DNA of 64,000 bases from Candidatus Peribacteraceae bacterium (GTDB lineage Bacteria > Patescibacteriota > Gracilibacteria > Peribacterales > Peribacteraceae), in the NCBI GenBank assembly GCA_028703835.1, contig JAQVMB010000003.1, positions 5,493 to 69,492 of the forward strand, given 5' to 3'. The notes beneath the pieces were generated by a model. It saw nothing but the letters and a program-made list of their open reading frames with translations, was not told where the DNA came from and searched no databases. Shown here piece after piece: positions 61,778 through 64,000 of this stretch (positions are counted from its first letter, which is position 1; each line of letters begins with the position of its first letter). Position numbers and translations under genes: made by a program.

Positions 61778-63208
61778 TCAGGGGATGCGCCGCAATTGCA
61801 CGGTGTTGACGGATTCATCGCCCGCTTTCGAGTCGGAGACGAGGACGACATGGTCTCCTTTGTGGAGGACATCCATCGCCTTGCCTGCGGCGATGGCATC
61901 CCGCACCGTCTTCTCAGGATCCTTGCTACTGAAAGGAATGAGGATGGGCACGACGCCGAACGTGAGTTGGAGTGCACGCTGTGTCTCCACCACGTCCGTG
62001 AAAGCGATAATGGGGACATTCGGACGATACTTAGCGACATCGCGGGCGGTCTGGCCGCTGCGGGTCATGACGAACAGGGAATCCGCGCGCGTCGTGACCG
62101 CAAGCGTGACGGCGGCATGCGCCCGTGCGGCGCGTTCATTTTCCACGGGCGATTCCTCCATGGCCGTGTTTTGCGTGATGTGTTCTTCCGTCGCGAGGAG
62201 GACGCGGTCCATCGCACCGACGGACTCGAACGGAAACTCACCGCTCGCCGTTTCACCGGAAAGCATCGTCGCATCGGTGCGGCTCATCGCCGCGTGTGCG
62301 ATGTCCGTCACCTCCGCGCGGGTCGGCATCGGCTGGTCGATCATACTTTCCAGCATGTGCGTCGCCACGATCACCGGCTTGCCCGCGCGTCTGCTGCTCA
62401 GCACCAAGTCGTCCTGGATGGCCGGAACGGATTCAAAGGGCACTTCCACTCCCAGATCCCCCCGCGCGACCATGATGCCGTCGGACGCCTCGATGATTTC
62501 CTGGATATTCCGGACGGCCTGTCGCGTCTCGATCTTCGAAATGAGCGCGATGCGTGCACTGTGGCCCGTCAGGAATCCGCGCACTTCTTCCACTTCCTTG
62601 GCTTCTCGGATGAACGACAAGGCGAGGAAGTCGACGCCCTCCTTCGCGGCGAACGCGATATCCTCCCAATCCTTGGGGGTGATGGACGGCATGGAAAGGT
62701 TGGCGCCCGGCAGGTTGACGTGTCGGCGCGATCCGATGGAGCCGTTCTCCAGCGCCTTCGCGGTCACCGTGCCGGATTTTCGGTCGGTGGAAACGATATC
62801 GAAACTCAGAAGCCCGTTATCGATGAGTATGAGCTCCGCTTCCAGCACGTCCTTGTCGAAGTGTTCATGGTTGACCATGATCACCGTCCGCTTTTCCTTC
62901 GGAAGGGGCTTCGATGAGAAGAGCACTTCCTGGCCCGCTTTGATCTGGATCTTTTCCGTGACATCGCCCGTGCGGATCTCCGCACCCTTGGTGTCGAGGA
63001 GGATGCCGACGCATGTGGGGATGCGTGCGGCCGCCTTGAGTTCTTCATTGATCTCCTTCACGGTTCTGATCGTCTGCAAATGTTGCTCCAGTGAACCGTG
63101 GGAGAGGTTGATGCGCGCGACGTTCATGCCCGCATCCACGAGTGATCGGATACTTTCTTTCGTGTTCGTGGAAGGGCCGAGGGTACAAACAATTTTTGTG
63201 AAACGCAT
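61778..63208 (-). CDS. pyk: pyruvate kinase
   Basis: ORF 61778..63295, read from the ATG at 63208. MRFTKIVCTLGPST...NVARINLSHG...MVARGDLGVE... Confidence 0.93.
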   Translation of the reverse strand: MRFTKIVCTLGPSTNTKESIRSLVDAGMNVARINLSHGSLEQHLQTIRTVKEINEELKAAARIPTCVGILLDTKGAEIRTGDVTEKIQIKAGQEVLFSSKPLPKEKRTVIMVNHEHFDKDVLEAELILIDNGLLSFDIVSTDRKSGTVTAKALENGSIGSRRHVNLPGANLSMPSITPKDWEDIAFAAKEGVDFLALSFIREAKEVEEVRGFLTGHSARIALISKIETRQAVRNIQEIIEASDGIMVARGDLGVEVPFESVPAIQDDLVLSSRRAGKPVIVATHMLESMIDQPMPTRAEVTDIAHAAMSRTDATMLSGETASGEFPFESVGAMDRVLLATEEHITQNTAMEESPVENERAARAHAAVTLAVTTRADSLFVMTRSGQTARDVAKYRPNVPIIAFTDVVETQRALQLTFGVVPILIPFSSKDPEKTVRDAIAAGKAMDVLHKGDHVVLVSDSKAGDESVNTVQLRRIP

Positions 63209-63310
63209 ACGTATGGAAGCAAGGGAAGCCATGCAGGTGCAAGGCGGCGCAAGTATGCACGCGGCAGAACCGCCGCGCAACGTACCTGCGCGCATGACGG
63301 CCTCGGGAAT

Positions 63311-64000
63311 TCAGCGTTTGGCGCGGGCGTCCGCCGCGAGCAATTCCGCATTCGTTTTCACGCTCACGGCGAGAGAAGCCACGGAAGGAGACAGTTCCGT
63401 CGCCTTGTCCGCGATGAACCAACTGTCCTTCGACAATCCGATCGCCTCTTCGTACCGTTTCTCGGTCAGAGCGCGGTAGCCCCGCACGAGCGCCCGATAG
63501 GCTTCCGTCAGCTTCAGTGCGCCCTTCACCAGGGATTCATCCGGCATGGACGTGAGTGCCCCGCGCGCAGCAAGGAGCGCGCGCGCCGAAGCATATTCCG
63601 CCGTCCGGACATCTTTGGCGTTCAAGGCCCGAACCGTCGCGAGCGCATCTTCCTCCACCGATTCCAGCAGTGCTTGGACACGCTCACCGTCCTTGTATTG
63701 CAGCAAACGGTACAGGAACAGCGCGACGTCCCCCCTGGTGAGGTCACGTTCCGGCCCCAGATACCCCGTTTTCCCCACCTGCGTGACGGACATGGCTATG
63801 GCAAGGCGGCAAAAAGGATAATGCCACGCGGACACGTCACTCTCGTCCGGAGCGAGCGGAAGACGTATCTCCCCGTACGCGTCCTTGTCCATGCCGTGCG
63901 CGAGGAGCAGCATTTTGAGGAATTCCGCTTTCTTCACAATACGACCCGGGTGGAATTGCTGCGTTTCGGATGCATCGTCGATGATGCGTGCCTCGACCGC
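63311..64000 (-). CDS. hypothetical protein, partial (N-terminus beyond window end; SLH-like segment at edge)
   Basis: ORF 63311..63937 stays open upstream to the window end (own translation ...AVEARIIDDASETQQFHPGRIVKKAEFLKMLLLAHG). The FHPGRIVKKAEFLKML stretch is SLH-like. Confidence 0.5.
   Translation of the reverse strand, partial: AVEARIIDDASETQQFHPGRIVKKAEFLKMLLLAHGMDKDAYGEIRLPLAPDESDVSAWHYPFCRLAIAMSVTQVGKTGYLGPERDLTRGDVALFLYRLLQYKDGERVQALLESVEEDALATVRALNAKDVRTAEYASARALLAARGALTSMPDESLVKGALKLTEAYRALVRGYRALTEKRYEEAIGLSKDSWFIADKATELSPSVASLAVSVKTNAELLAADARAKR

Noticed and set aside
1-64000. Alternative genetic code (for example UGA recoding, as in some candidate phyla).
   Set aside because: groEL, tal, the PKD gene and many others end in TGA at the expected protein length. 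ATGA stop/start overlaps are common. No conserved gene shows in-frame TGA.

Overview
High-GC (about 60% by eye), gene-dense bacterial window using the standard genetic code. TGA, TAA and TAG all terminate conserved genes, and ATGA / TAATG stop-start overlaps are frequent.

Recognisable core genes:
- tmk (partial), groES-groEL, tsaD, lgt, rnhB, a MurE-like ligase and a riboflavin kinase.
- A pentose-phosphate cluster (tkt, tal, gnd), a ROK kinase and pyk.
- rsmH plus an FtsL-like gene, mscL, and an ECF sigma factor with a DUF5667 partner.
- Four tRNAs: Leu-CAG, Pro-CGG, Ser-UGA and Ser-GCU.

Much of the rest encodes envelope or surface proteins: SLH, PKD, CAP, LemA/TPM, an O-antigen-ligase-like protein, lipoproteins, M23, C39-like and L,D-transpeptidase.

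The gene mix resembles a small-genome, CPR/Patescibacteria-like organism. This taxonomy is inference only. All family names come from motif recognition by eye, with no searches run.

Main hunt results:
1. A co-directional array of five large (550-562 aa), Cys-rich, zinc-ribbon-ended paralogues at 19.4-29.1 kb. I cannot assign them to a named family. A TrmB-type regulator is embedded in the array. A soluble TraD/VirD4-like ATPase lies immediately downstream, followed by a RAYT gene bracketed by REP doublets. One paralogue carries a low-GC internal segment.
2. A 1097-aa secreted protein with about 23 curlin-like Q/N-ladder repeats and Cys-rich inserts, downstream of the ECF sigma/DUF5667 pair.
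3. A sortase homologue that seems to lack the catalytic His, followed by a 58-aa LPETG mini-peptide and two micro-TM ORFs.
4. A dispersed, hairpin-rich repeat of about 185 bp, present in two copies.
5. Displaced copies of tRNA 3' ends downstream of tRNA-Pro and tRNA-Ser.
6. Several apparently frameshifted genes between 4 and 8 kb.

No CRISPR array, rRNA gene or integrase was seen.
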